Position numbers and translations under genes: made by a program
The notes under the pieces: model-generated
The model's database searches: none
What the model was told of the DNA's origin: nothing
The model's input: only the letters and a program-made list of their open reading frames with translations
In this document: positions 1 to 10,141 of the stretch, piece after piece
Numbering within the stretch: position 1 is the stretch's first letter
How the letters are laid out: each line of letters starts with the position of its first letter
IMG/VR virus record: IMGVR_UViG_3300046559_001153
Location: 1-64,000 of that record
DNA length: 64,000 nucleotides
Direction: 5' to 3' (one strand)

Positions 1-792
1 GTCAGAGCAGCCCTGTGCGGATCGACCCCAGACAGGACCATGCTCAATTACAGATCCCGCCAACTGCTCGGGATGATTCACGATTCGCGTTATGCGAACT
101 ACGCTCTGCAATTCGACCCGCGGGTCACCTACTTGAACAGCACAGATCCGATTTTTTATCTGCCGTCGACCTACTCGCCTCAGATCGGAATGCAGACGTC
201 TCGACCCAGTTCAACCCTTTACGTGCTGGGCCAAGAGGATCCGCCAGACTCAGACGGAATCATGCGAGCACAGTGGACAGTTACTGTGACGCAAGAGTTG
301 GGACCACAGTTCGCAATAGAGCCCTCGCCTGTCGCGGCGATCACCCAACTCGGTTCTGCCGCACCTGGCATTATGGGCCGACAGTACGGCTCATTCGCCG
401 GGCGTGTGGGTGTTAGCATGGCGACTGTGGCCGTGACAAAACAACCAAACAGCAAACTGTGGCTTAACACGTACAATTTCATAAGTAACTTGTCTCAACC
501 GATCGCACTGGGCGACTCGGGGTACACCTTCCAATTTTACGGGCTGATCGGTGACACATGGAATGTTACGACTACCGCAACACCTAAGCGTTCGATCTGC
601 GACATGGTCAATATCCTGCAGTCCATGAGCCAGTCGACGTTGGCTGCCGTGTTTACGACGCAGTCGGAAGAGCCGTGGAACACCTACCGTAACTTGTGGG
701 AGTTGGCGCCTGAGACAAGCAATCGCATGATCGGCTTTTTGCTGGCCTACTTGCACCAGCTGGAACTACTCAGGGTGAACAGTGGCAGTTAG
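1..792 (+). CDS. Putative virion structural protein, 5'-truncated; carries TQLGSAAPGIMGRxYGS peptide
   Basis: Frame open from base 1 with no stop before ATG 40; overlaps next gene; lies in baseplate block. Confidence 0.6.
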   Translation, partial: VRAALCGSTPDRTMLNYRSRQLLGMIHDSRYANYALQFDPRVTYLNSTDPIFYLPSTYSPQIGMQTSRPSSTLYVLGQEDPPDSDGIMRAQWTVTVTQELGPQFAIEPSPVAAITQLGSAAPGIMGRQYGSFAGRVGVSMATVAVTKQPNSKLWLNTYNFISNLSQPIALGDSGYTFQFYGLIGDTWNVTTTATPKRSICDMVNILQSMSQSTLAAVFTTQSEEPWNTYRNLWELAPETSNRMIGFLLAYLHQLELLRVNSGS

Positions 793-2575
793 TAAACGAT
801 GGGCGTTGACCGGGGGCATCGATGTCCAATTGTGGGTCACCCTGGACGGCGGCAAGGTGCTGAAATATCGACTGGTTCAGCATGCCAGCTATTTTGCGCT
901 TAACGAAATGCCTCAAGCAACTTGCCTATTGGCCGTCGGAAAGCCTGTGCCAGGTGACAAGCTGGACCCGTTCAATTCAACAGCGGGCCAGTTGAAAGCC
1001 ATGCAGAAGGCGTTGGTCGTCGGAAAATTTTCTGGCGATTATGACGCGGCCGGCACACAGTGGCCGGGAGCCACATCGACAACCAAAAAGACGGCAGCTA
1101 ACACGTCAATAGCCCAGACCAGCGGAGATGCCAGTGCGGCCAACTATCTTGGGTATCAGGTGCTGTTTGACGGCAAGCTGGTCGGGTTCAATTATCAGAA
1201 GATCGACGGACGAATCTTCGTGGTTGTCCAGCTGATTCACTGGTTGGTTGATCTGGCTAACACAAGCCTGTTGAGCCAGTACGTACATCCATCGGGAGCA
1301 GCTAACCTAGCATTTCCCCTGTCGCGATTGGCGCCCGGTACCGGGGATGCGGCGACACAGCCGTTTCTGGTCAGCGACGTGGGCCCTGACCTGCTCGATC
1401 TGCCCCAGCTCACACAGGACGTCTGGGGAGCACTCAAGGATTTCTTCTACGTGTACGCCGGCTCACGTCCAATGGACTTCGGCGGGGATTTTTCAACAAA
1501 TCTGGTAGCCAACTCGGCCGTGAATAATCTGGCTAAGAATGCTCTGGCTAGGATGGAAGGCGGCCTGGGCATGACTGCAGAGACCAGGAAGGCCCTGTTT
1601 CCGTACAACTTCGGGAAACCGGGCAGCCCGCTGCAGACCAGTTCACCGTCTGGTGACGAGGCGGTGGCCGGGGCTATCCGATCTTCGATCATGAAACAGA
1701 TCAATCAAGTCTATGGCGCCGGGACGTTGTGGGATCATCTTGTTGGAGAGATCAGCCCGAACTTCGACCTGCACGTCGTGCCAATGATCGACCGGGCTCT
1801 GGTCGTGCCGCTTACACCCGGCTTGAGTTTTACGGGCAATCAGACGCCGTGGAGAACACTGGCTGTCGACGACTACTTTGCCGAGAACATGCAGGCAGCG
1901 TTGCACTATCCGATCAAGGCTGTTGTGGTGGCAAATAACCGGGGCCGGTCGTCGACGGACGCTAACATCACCAAAGTCAGCTTTAACGGATTGTTCCAAC
2001 CGCTGGATATACCCGACGCAGCAAATGGGGCGATTGTCTTTCTGCAAGCCCCCGAATGGATCCAGGAGATTGAACCGTCTGCAGCTAGAAACAGTGCTCC
2101 ACCTGGCGTACAGGTCGGAGCAGTGGTTAATGCCGCTGAGAATCCACAGAAACCAGCCAATGCCAACAATGCGGCCCAAGCCGGTGTCGACCTCGCTAAG
2201 ACGCAATTCAACTATCTGAACCGGTTTGCCCAGTCAATGTACGTACAACGGGCCCTGGCCGGTCGTGTCGGCACGATTGCCAGCCGACTGCGATTCGATA
2301 TTGCTCCGGGTTCGACGATCAAACTGATGGGTTCATCGGAATTGTTCTTGTCCAAAAACCAGGATGCATTGGCCCAGGACGTCTACGGGTTGGTCGTGCG
2401 ATCGTCGATTCTGATCGATGCAGACTCCCAACAAGCTGCAACAACCTATCAGCTGTCGCACCTTCGAAGCCTGTCCGAAACGCAGTCAGGGTACTGCCAG
2501 GCGTCCAATCCGTTGTACAATACACGCTTTGTGGGAACACCGATGCTCCCCGCCTTTAACATCGGAAACATTTGA
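782..2575 (+). CDS. Putative baseplate hub / tail-associated protein
   Basis: 597 aa; C-terminal GRVGTIASRLRFDIAPGSTIKL resembles hub-type (gp27/gpD-like) ends; upstream of wedge genes. Confidence 0.45.
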   Translation: MAVSKRWALTGGIDVQLWVTLDGGKVLKYRLVQHASYFALNEMPQATCLLAVGKPVPGDKLDPFNSTAGQLKAMQKALVVGKFSGDYDAAGTQWPGATSTTKKTAANTSIAQTSGDASAANYLGYQVLFDGKLVGFNYQKIDGRIFVVVQLIHWLVDLANTSLLSQYVHPSGAANLAFPLSRLAPGTGDAATQPFLVSDVGPDLLDLPQLTQDVWGALKDFFYVYAGSRPMDFGGDFSTNLVANSAVNNLAKNALARMEGGLGMTAETRKALFPYNFGKPGSPLQTSSPSGDEAVAGAIRSSIMKQINQVYGAGTLWDHLVGEISPNFDLHVVPMIDRALVVPLTPGLSFTGNQTPWRTLAVDDYFAENMQAALHYPIKAVVVANNRGRSSTDANITKVSFNGLFQPLDIPDAANGAIVFLQAPEWIQEIEPSAARNSAPPGVQVGAVVNAAENPQKPANANNAAQAGVDLAKTQFNYLNRFAQSMYVQRALAGRVGTIASRLRFDIAPGSTIKLMGSSELFLSKNQDALAQDVYGLVVRSSILIDADSQQAATTYQLSHLRSLSETQSGYCQASNPLYNTRFVGTPMLPAFNIGNI

Positions 2576-2584
2576 AAGACTGTC

Positions 2585-3523
2585 ATGATCGCTCAGACAC
2601 TCGAGGGACGCATGTTGGCCATGTGCAATCTGGCCAAAGCCGTCAACGATTCTGACGAGACAACTACGGTCAGTGGCCCATGGGCAGAGGCTGCCGGGTT
2701 GCTGGGAACGACCGTGTCAATCGCCAGTGGAAGGGACAACATCAACGCGGCTCTTGTCGGCAAAATGGATATCGGTACGACGGTTGCGTTCCGCGGTACG
2801 ATCTCTGTGAATGATCACACACGACCGTGGAAGGAGAGGCTGCTCGACTGGATGCAGGACTTCGACGCCGTCCAGACAGACTGGAATGGGGTATTTGTGC
2901 ATTCAGGATTTGCCGAAGCAATAGATTCAATGTGGCCCACGGTTCAATCGCTTATTACCGACGATACCCCTGGCGTGTATTTCACTGGTCACAGCAAAGG
3001 CGGGGCAATGGCCACGCTCGCAGCAATTCAGTTTTACAGACTGACCGGCCGACCGTCACTCGTTACAACGTTTGGAGCAGCTCGCAGCGTAGGTGCCGCA
3101 TCGGCCAATAAGATATTCGGGATGCCAATCTCGATTCACCGATACGAGAATGCCGGCGACATTGTTCCATTGACACCGCCCTGCACGGAGATCGCCGAGC
3201 TGGCTGCCCAGGAACTGGGGCATCCGATCGGCGTCCTTGACTACGAGAGCATTGGGGATTTGAAATTCGTAAACAAGGAACGCACAGTTGATACCTGTTC
3301 AAAGTTCATCAGTCAATTTCGTCAGGGAGCCGCGTTGGCCGAGTTGATCCTGCATGGCAATATGGACGCAATCGTGGATGCCCATGCGATCGGCCTGGGC
3401 GGTGCGTACCAACAAGCAGTTGCACCGGAAGTAACAGGAATAGCCAATTCGCAGGTGGCCAGCCTGTTACAAGGCCGATCCGTCCCTCTTTTCTCGCTTA
3501 TTTCGAAGCAGTTCGATACTTAA
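2585..3523 (+). CDS. Class 3 lipase (alpha/beta hydrolase)
   Basis: VAFRGT, VHSGF, nucleophile elbow TGHSKGGAMA, TFGA, DIVP, late His. Confidence 0.9.
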   Translation: MIAQTLEGRMLAMCNLAKAVNDSDETTTVSGPWAEAAGLLGTTVSIASGRDNINAALVGKMDIGTTVAFRGTISVNDHTRPWKERLLDWMQDFDAVQTDWNGVFVHSGFAEAIDSMWPTVQSLITDDTPGVYFTGHSKGGAMATLAAIQFYRLTGRPSLVTTFGAARSVGAASANKIFGMPISIHRYENAGDIVPLTPPCTEIAELAAQELGHPIGVLDYESIGDLKFVNKERTVDTCSKFISQFRQGAALAELILHGNMDAIVDAHAIGLGGAYQQAVAPEVTGIANSQVASLLQGRSVPLFSLISKQFDT

Positions 3524-3538
3524 CTTTTTGAAAAGTTA
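3521..3538. promoter_or_regulatory. 18-bp palindrome copy 1 (TAACTTTTTGAAAAGTTA)
   Basis: Reverse complement of copies at 38630 and 63084; overlaps lipase stop, 2 nt before sigma ATG. Confidence 0.6.
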
Positions 3539-3540
3539 CA

Positions 3541-4275
3541 ATGCCCACTCCGACCGATTTTCTTGAACCTGCCTATCGCCCCGCGTGGGTAGCTTGGAAG
3601 ACAAAACCGTCTCAGCAGACCACGAGTCATCTGCTGGATACGATCCAGCCCGCGATCACCAAGGCTGTCACGTTGAACATCGGGCCGAAGAGCGACCCGG
3701 TTCTGGGCGGGCACGCCAAACTGTTGGCTCTGCAGGCGATGGAATCGTACGATCCGGCCCGGGCCAGCGTAGGAACGCATTTGACTCGAAATCTACAGCG
3801 GCTTAAACGGCTGAACGCCAGACAAGCTCAAGCCATCCCCATCCCCGAGCACTGGCTCATATCGCATCAAACAGTTCGACGGGCCGAGGATGAATTGAGC
3901 GAGGACCTGGGCCGGGCGCCGACCATGCAGGAAATTGCCAGCCATACGAAGTTACCCATCGAAAAGGTGCAGCAGTTTCGCGGTGCCATCTTCCCGGCGG
4001 CCGAGAGCGATCTGGCTGCGTCCGGCCAAAACTATGTGTCGTCATACGTGCCAGGAGTTCAGCCGGGTTCGACTGCGTGGACAGAGGCAGTTTACTCGGA
4101 CATGGATCCGATCAATCAAAAGATCATGGAACATTCTCTAGGTTTACACGGACAACCCCGTTTGCCTAATCACGAAATTGCCAAGTTGTTACGCTTGTCG
4201 CCAGGAGCCATCTCCCAACGCAAGGCTCGCATTCAACAAACACTGGATAAGGAGTCGGAGCTCTCTCCGTTCTAA
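3541..4275 (+). CDS. Phage sigma-70-family RNA polymerase sigma factor
   Basis: YDPARAS..THL (region 2), IPIPE, ELSEDLGRAPTMQEIA (region 3), EIAKLLRLSPGAISQRK HTH (region 4). Confidence 0.8.
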   Translation: MPTPTDFLEPAYRPAWVAWKTKPSQQTTSHLLDTIQPAITKAVTLNIGPKSDPVLGGHAKLLALQAMESYDPARASVGTHLTRNLQRLKRLNARQAQAIPIPEHWLISHQTVRRAEDELSEDLGRAPTMQEIASHTKLPIEKVQQFRGAIFPAAESDLAASGQNYVSSYVPGVQPGSTAWTEAVYSDMDPINQKIMEHSLGLHGQPRLPNHEIAKLLRLSPGAISQRKARIQQTLDKESELSPF

Positions 4276-4739
4276 TGCCCACTGCCGTCGACGTTCCTCC
4301 GGAATTCAACGCACTGATCCAGAAGCTGCAAAGCCTGTCGTCCAAGTTGGCCGACGCGGAACAGAATGGCGGTGCGTCCCTGTGGATGGTCCCAGCTATC
4401 AGCCCGTCATCGAGCCCATGGCCCGGCGACGTCACTGACTACGTCAACATGGTTAAGCTGTTCGACAGGAGCAGTTCCAATCAACAGTACATCGACATTA
4501 CGACGGCAGCCAAGCCCGGCTCACAGGGTGATGCGCAGGTCTTACAAACGGTCATTGATTACACGGCTACGATGCAGCGAGCCTTTCTCCAGCGACACAC
4601 GTCCAACAAAGCCCGGGCCTTCGCTCACGCAGCGACCAGGAAACGGGGCCACGGGCTCGATTATGGGACCTTCGGCCTGGCTGTACTGCAACAGCTGCAG
4701 CAACTTGTAGCGATTGGCAAATCGGAGCCCCAGTCATGA
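4275..4739 (+). CDS. Hypothetical protein
   Basis: 154 aa, stop/start overlaps on both sides. Confidence 0.7.
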   Translation: MPTAVDVPPEFNALIQKLQSLSSKLADAEQNGGASLWMVPAISPSSSPWPGDVTDYVNMVKLFDRSSSNQQYIDITTAAKPGSQGDAQVLQTVIDYTATMQRAFLQRHTSNKARAFAHAATRKRGHGLDYGTFGLAVLQQLQQLVAIGKSEPQS

Positions 4740-5218
4740 GCGGAATCGCCGACTATGTAGGACGGACCGTCGACGTGCTGGCCTGGCAGTGGCCCAGCAC
4801 TCAGAACGGGTTACTGACGGCCGCACTGATGCTGCCGGGCAATGACGGGATGATCATTGCCGGCATAGACAAATTGGTGCAACGATTCCTGCTCGAGCTG
4901 CTGACCGAGTCGGGCTCCATTCTTTTTGCTCCTACTCGAGGGTGCCAGTTCATGGCCTACCTCCGAATGGGCCATATTCGAACATCATTCGACGCCCACC
5001 AGTTGTTCAATTCGGCCCTGGTGGATATCACTCGAAACCTGCTGTCTGATCAACTGTTGTCTGATCCGACTGACGAACAATTTGCCGGTGCCACTTTGAC
5101 AAGCATCTCGCTCTCTGCCGATATTCTGACATTTGGCGTCAGCGTGCTGAGTCAGGCTGGGACCGGCCGCACGGTTGTTTTGCCGCTTTCAACGACGCTT
5201 ACTGGAGGACCCAACTGA
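4736..5218 (+). CDS. Baseplate wedge gp25/W-like protein
   Basis: GIDKLVQRFLLELLTESGS..PTRG pattern; directly before J-like gene. Confidence 0.65.
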   Translation: MSGIADYVGRTVDVLAWQWPSTQNGLLTAALMLPGNDGMIIAGIDKLVQRFLLELLTESGSILFAPTRGCQFMAYLRMGHIRTSFDAHQLFNSALVDITRNLLSDQLLSDPTDEQFAGATLTSISLSADILTFGVSVLSQAGTGRTVVLPLSTTLTGGPN

Positions 5219-6873
5219 TGGCTCTGGCATTAACAACCCTCGACGCCCTGAACGAGACGGATGTAGCGGACCTGCTGGCCCAGCTGCAGGCTGCCCTGCA
5301 GGCTAACAATCCAACTCTCGACACACGCCGCGGAGTGGTCTTCGACATCGTGCTTGGATCTGAAGCCCAGTTTGCTGAAATGATTCAGGACAATATCGAG
5401 CTGGTCACGTCGTCCAACAGCTTGTTGGCCATTACAAGCAATCCGGCCGGTGCGGATACCAGCCTGGTTGACGCGGTCCTGTCTAACTACAACTTGACGC
5501 GTAACCCAGGTAGTGCGGCAGCCGGAAGTGTCACGATCATTGTGAATGCCAACTCGCCGGTCACGATCGGGCAGGGAACCATATTTACCAGCGGGACGTT
5601 GCAGTTCACGTCGGATGATTCGTACTCGGCAAAAACCAGTGCCTCGCTGATCGTGTTGAGTACAGACAGGCTCTTACAGCCACTGGGGAATGGGCTGTTT
5701 GCCTTCACAGTCAATGTGACCGCGTCCAGTGTCGGGTCAGCGGCTGAGCTCACGCAAGGCACACTGTTGATTCCTGCTGTGATTCCAGTCACGTTTGTGA
5801 AAGCGTACGCAACATCCGATTTTACCGGCGGACTGGACCCGGAAACGAACAGCCAATTACTACTCCAGCAACAGCACGGCATCGCGGCCAAAGCCCTGTC
5901 GGGTTCAATTGCGATGAACGCAGCCCTCTTGAACGTACCGGCGTTCGCCAACATTGTTACGACATCAGTTGTTGGTTACGGAAATGCAGCCATGCTTCGT
6001 GACATGCACACGATCTTTCCGATGCACTTCGGCGGACGAATCGACTGGTACATCCGCAGCACGTTGCAAGTTCAAACGATTGTGCTCACCAAGACGGCCA
6101 CTCTGATTCAGATCCTGCCTGACGGTTCGGGCGTCTGGCAGCTGTCTATCGGCCGCGGTGACGCACCGGGCTTCTACGATGTGACATCCGTTCTTCCGTT
6201 GAACTCGAGCGCGATCGGCACACTGGCCATTACGGCTGACGTCCGAGGAACTGACCTGTCTGCGATAGGGACCAGCCTGATCCCCGACATCGCCAACCCG
6301 GTCGAGGGGGCCTATTCGAGATTTCAAACGGCCGTCATCCAGTTCAACGACACGACCGCATCGACCGCCGGCCTGGTAATCAACAAGTCGACAGCCAGTT
6401 ATGCTGTCTCTGTCCGCGGCTTGCCGTTGATTGACCAGATGCACGACTATGTGGCGGCCAATGGCGTACGATTCCCCACAGCCGATATCCTGGTCAAAGC
6501 ACCGGTTCCCTGTTTCTTGCAACTGTCATTGACCATCTTCATCGAAACAGGTGACGTTACACCCAACACATCAGCCATCGCACAGGCCATGGCTCAGGTC
6601 GTGAACAATACGCCTTTCGTAGGCCGTCTGTTCGCGTCGAATCTGGTCAGTGTGGCCCAGGGCCTATTGGCCGGAAATCAGAGTATTGGACCGATCGACA
6701 TGTTCGGTAAGATCCGACGACCGGATGGGACGCTTAAATACATTCGTAATAACGCCGTATTGCAAGTTCCGAGCGACCCTGCGAACATGATAAATGACCA
6801 AACCGTGCAATTCTTCATCACTCCCAGTGATATTGGAATTGCTGTCCAAACTCTCTCAGCCCCGGAGACATGA
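5218..6873 (+). CDS. Baseplate J-like (gp6-like) wedge protein
   Basis: P.LD.R.G.V..D, NY.LTR.PGS.A.G.V, V.A.SVG, FTGGLDPETN motifs. Confidence 0.8.
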   Translation: MALALTTLDALNETDVADLLAQLQAALQANNPTLDTRRGVVFDIVLGSEAQFAEMIQDNIELVTSSNSLLAITSNPAGADTSLVDAVLSNYNLTRNPGSAAAGSVTIIVNANSPVTIGQGTIFTSGTLQFTSDDSYSAKTSASLIVLSTDRLLQPLGNGLFAFTVNVTASSVGSAAELTQGTLLIPAVIPVTFVKAYATSDFTGGLDPETNSQLLLQQQHGIAAKALSGSIAMNAALLNVPAFANIVTTSVVGYGNAAMLRDMHTIFPMHFGGRIDWYIRSTLQVQTIVLTKTATLIQILPDGSGVWQLSIGRGDAPGFYDVTSVLPLNSSAIGTLAITADVRGTDLSAIGTSLIPDIANPVEGAYSRFQTAVIQFNDTTASTAGLVINKSTASYAVSVRGLPLIDQMHDYVAANGVRFPTADILVKAPVPCFLQLSLTIFIETGDVTPNTSAIAQAMAQVVNNTPFVGRLFASNLVSVAQGLLAGNQSIGPIDMFGKIRRPDGTLKYIRNNAVLQVPSDPANMINDQTVQFFITPSDIGIAVQTLSAPET

Positions 6874-6874
6874 A

Positions 6875-7309
6875 ATGTTCCCCACGTCCATTTGGCAAAG
6901 ACTGATCGGTAACGGCCTCTTAATCTGGGCAGCTGGCTGCGTTGCAGTCGCGCACTCGACCGGTGCGTCGTTGACCTCGTCCTCAATGGCAATCCCTTAC
7001 GTCTCGATAATCATAAGTTGCATGATTCAAGGGACGAGCTGGAAGACCTGGGTGAACAGGCTTCGTCCTGACACGTTCGATCCGCCCCCATCCACGGCTC
7101 AGACGCCTCTCGGCGACAAGGAAACTGAAGTCGAATTGTACCGCTGTTACCAGGAGCTGGTAGCCGCGTCAGAATCCGAAACGAACGTTGAAGCCCTGGA
7201 CCATTTCAGAGACGGATGGGTCAGCCTGTTCAACACATCACACCGGGCCAAGATTACCGATTCGTCGACCCCCTCGTCAGTTGACCTCACCAAGACCGCA
7301 AAAGCCTGA
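6875..7309 (+). CDS. Membrane protein (two N-terminal hydrophobic segments)
   Basis: ATG 6875 after J stop; LLIWAAGCVAVA and MAIPYVSIIISCMI. Confidence 0.6.
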   Translation: MFPTSIWQRLIGNGLLIWAAGCVAVAHSTGASLTSSSMAIPYVSIIISCMIQGTSWKTWVNRLRPDTFDPPPSTAQTPLGDKETEVELYRCYQELVAASESETNVEALDHFRDGWVSLFNTSHRAKITDSSTPSSVDLTKTAKA

Positions 7310-7319
7310 AAGGTTCACC

Positions 7320-7865
7320 ATGAAGAAATCATTGTTTGCAATATGGCTCTGCCTGAGCCTGGCCGGATGCGGCCTCAGTATTCCGGGATGGTCAGTGCCG
7401 GGGGAGTCAGATCCGGTTACCCCGGACACTCCCGTGACACCAGCGGTGATCGACGTCCACGATATCGTGAAGCCGGCCGACGATATGGGCCTCGGAACGT
7501 CCGTGCCCCCATTGTTTGCGTCGTACCGCGATCAAGCCGTGGCCAAACGCGATGCTGCTGTCTTGGCGGCCATGTATGCGGAACTTGCCGATTTGGTCGA
7601 ACGAGATGGTGCTGCCAAAAAGAAGCTGACTACAACCGACGATCTGGTCAATCTGCAAGGCGCCCAAGCCGACTTCATGCTCCTGGGAACCGATTTCAAC
7701 TCGATCACTCGCCGGTACCCGAATGTGGTTGCGGCTTTCGTGGATCTCGATAAGAAGACGCTGCCCGAAAGCGCCAAGCTCGATGACGGTACACCAACCA
7801 ACAGATCCAAGTTCGTAAATCTTTGCCGAAGCAAGGCGTGGGGTTGTTATCAGGCGTCGAAATGA
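7320..7865 (+). CDS. Lipoprotein
   Basis: MKKSLFAIWLCLSLAG-C lipobox followed by Pro-rich linker. Confidence 0.75.
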   Translation: MKKSLFAIWLCLSLAGCGLSIPGWSVPGESDPVTPDTPVTPAVIDVHDIVKPADDMGLGTSVPPLFASYRDQAVAKRDAAVLAAMYAELADLVERDGAAKKKLTTTDDLVNLQGAQADFMLLGTDFNSITRRYPNVVAAFVDLDKKTLPESAKLDDGTPTNRSKFVNLCRSKAWGCYQASK

Positions 7866-8056
7866 ATGAACAAATGTCATTCTTGAATAATGTTCTCGCG
7901 TCGGCCCGCACAGGGAACAATGCAGCCGTCAGTCTGTTGCGAGATGTTTGTCGAAAAGCAGCAGAGGCCGCTCCGGCTAATGATTTAATCCTGATCGGTC
8001 AATTTTTGTACGATATGCGACTCATGGCCGCTCAAGCAGCTATTGAGCGAAATTGA
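7862..8056 (+). CDS. Small hypothetical protein
   Basis: ATGA overlap with lipoprotein stop; helical 64 aa. Confidence 0.5.
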   Translation: MNEQMSFLNNVLASARTGNNAAVSLLRDVCRKAAEAAPANDLILIGQFLYDMRLMAAQAAIERN

Positions 8057-8066
8057 AAGGTGCCCA

Positions 8067-9224
8067 ATGTCTGATCTGCAGGAAAATCCCGGTATCTTCG
8101 TGCAGGGGCCAAAGCACGAGTACTACACCGAGTATGGCGGCAACGAGGTCTGGGCTGTCGATCCAGACACTGGTGCTCGCGATCTGATCTACGATCCCAG
8201 CGATCCGACACAGGTCGCCCCGTTTGGCTGTTTGCTTAATGCGGCGGACGCTATCCCTGGCCGCCGAGACCTCGTAGCGAGGCCTTGGAGCGATCCGGAC
8301 GTTCCGGACGTTATGAGAGGTCTGCCTCTGCCCGACGTCTTCCTGATGGGCCCCAAGGCCCTTGCCGGCGGGCAAGGGAAAGATGTCGTTGGTACGTGCC
8401 TGCAGAAGATCGGCGACTGCACCTGCGCGTGTGCCTCAAACGTCGTAGAAGGCACGATGAACTCGGAGGAGATCTTTTTTGGTCAAAGTCTCTATCATCC
8501 CCAGATTTCCATTTCCCATCTGTATTACGGTGCCCAGGCCGCTTTTGGCAAGCCGGGTGGCGACGGAGCCATGACCCAGGGCGTCGCCTTGGTCCTCCAG
8601 GGCTACGCACAGACCAAATACGCAAACTTCAACGGGCGGTACGGCGGAGTCGTCCACGAGGCCCCCTGCGACGCTGTAACGGATCCCGATCTGGTCTCCG
8701 GTTACCCGTATCAGCCCCAACTGGAAACAAAAGGGGTGGCTCCCCCGGCCATGTGGATTGAATTCGGTCTGAAACACTTGTGCGGGGAAGGCACCGGTGA
8801 CTGCCGAGCCGTGGCTGACTTCGACTCGGCCCTGCAAGTCTGGGCGTCCGGACACATCATCTTTACCGGGATCAGCTGGCCGCAGAGCTGGTCGTACTGC
8901 GACAAGAACGGCTTCCTGACGAAGCAGCTGGCAATGGGCGCCAAGCCAGGCGGCCATGAGGTGAATTTCTGCGGCTACATCAAACGCCAGGCGCAGAGCG
9001 GTTACGGCGGATCAAATACTCTCACGATGAGTCTGGCCGGCGGGAACCCGTACTGGTTGAATATGGGAAATAGCTGGGGTCTTGACTTCGGCGTGCAGGG
9101 CCACATCCTGGTACCGTATTCCCAATTCGTTCAGGTCGGTGCTTTGAAGGAGATGTACACGATCAGTTACACGAACGGCTGGGACAAATCCCGTCTGCTC
9201 GATTGGACCAAGGGATACAACTAA
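8067..9224 (+). CDS. Papain-like (C1 family) cysteine peptidase
   Basis: Q-KIGDC (oxyanion Gln and catalytic Cys), S...LY, GGH, NSWG.DFG.QG. Confidence 0.85.
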   Translation: MSDLQENPGIFVQGPKHEYYTEYGGNEVWAVDPDTGARDLIYDPSDPTQVAPFGCLLNAADAIPGRRDLVARPWSDPDVPDVMRGLPLPDVFLMGPKALAGGQGKDVVGTCLQKIGDCTCACASNVVEGTMNSEEIFFGQSLYHPQISISHLYYGAQAAFGKPGGDGAMTQGVALVLQGYAQTKYANFNGRYGGVVHEAPCDAVTDPDLVSGYPYQPQLETKGVAPPAMWIEFGLKHLCGEGTGDCRAVADFDSALQVWASGHIIFTGISWPQSWSYCDKNGFLTKQLAMGAKPGGHEVNFCGYIKRQAQSGYGGSNTLTMSLAGGNPYWLNMGNSWGLDFGVQGHILVPYSQFVQVGALKEMYTISYTNGWDKSRLLDWTKGYN

Positions 9225-9248
9225 CCCTGTTTGAGCATGGAGGCTCCG

Positions 9249-10133
9249 ATGACACGATTTATCGTCACGCTGTTAGTCTTGGCCAGTTGCAATGTGGCAG
9301 TGGCCAAAATCACGTTAAAGGAACTGGTCACCGGGTCCGAACCCGCGGCTGTTCAAACATCGATTTTTACTCCCAAAAAGAAGACTGCTGTTCCTGACAA
9401 CGTTCGCGTACGAATGCGAGCCTTCCTGGCAGCTGAAGCTTCTATCGTGTCTCTAAAGGCGTCGGCACCCGGGCCCAATCCGGCGCCTGCCCCCGACAAG
9501 AAAGGCGTTTGCACTTACTGTGACGGGAGTGGCAAATCAGGAGACGGCTTGAACGTCTGTGCCCATTGCGGTGGTTCGGGTAAAGAACCCAAGAGCATGA
9601 CGATGGAAGAAATGCTTGAGCAATTGGACATGAGGCTGGATACGAAATTGAGTGTAATGGCCAGCCAGCTACAATCCCAATTCAGGGGCCAGCTCGACGC
9701 GTTGAAGCCCAAGGAACTTCCCAAGCCGAAAGAACAGCCGAAGCCCAAAGTAGTGGCCATGCCCCACTACCCGGTTAGGGGCGGGTGGTGGACAGGGTGT
9801 CCCGACTGGCAGCATCTGACGCGCGGCGAGCATAATGGCAAATTTGACCAGACATGGTTGAGAAGCCTGTCGAACGCCGAGGTCCAATCGCTGCACAGTG
9901 ACGACCACGAAGGGCATGTGAAATGGGAATATGCGGTTCGTCCGCAGCCCGTTCAATCTGCACCTCCGGCGGCTGCTCCGCCCGCCCCGAAAGCCAAGCC
10001 GGCCGTCAAATTTTATTTTGCCCCGCAGCGTCGCGGTAACTGCCCTGGCGGTTTTTGCCCGGCGTCAATTCAGACGGTCGAGGTGACGGAAGAGCGTGGC
10101 TATGTTATCGTGGAGTCGTACGCTTCAAACTGA
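9249..10133 (+). CDS. Exported protein with DnaJ-type CxxCxGxG fingers and His-rich domain
   Basis: Signal peptide; CTYCDGSG and CAHCGGSG; HL..GEH..LHSDDHEG; CPGGFCP. Confidence 0.7.
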   Translation: MTRFIVTLLVLASCNVAVAKITLKELVTGSEPAAVQTSIFTPKKKTAVPDNVRVRMRAFLAAEASIVSLKASAPGPNPAPAPDKKGVCTYCDGSGKSGDGLNVCAHCGGSGKEPKSMTMEEMLEQLDMRLDTKLSVMASQLQSQFRGQLDALKPKELPKPKEQPKPKVVAMPHYPVRGGWWTGCPDWQHLTRGEHNGKFDQTWLRSLSNAEVQSLHSDDHEGHVKWEYAVRPQPVQSAPPAAAPPAPKAKPAVKFYFAPQRRGNCPGGFCPASIQTVEVTEERGYVIVESYASN

Positions 10134-10141
10134 GGTGACCA

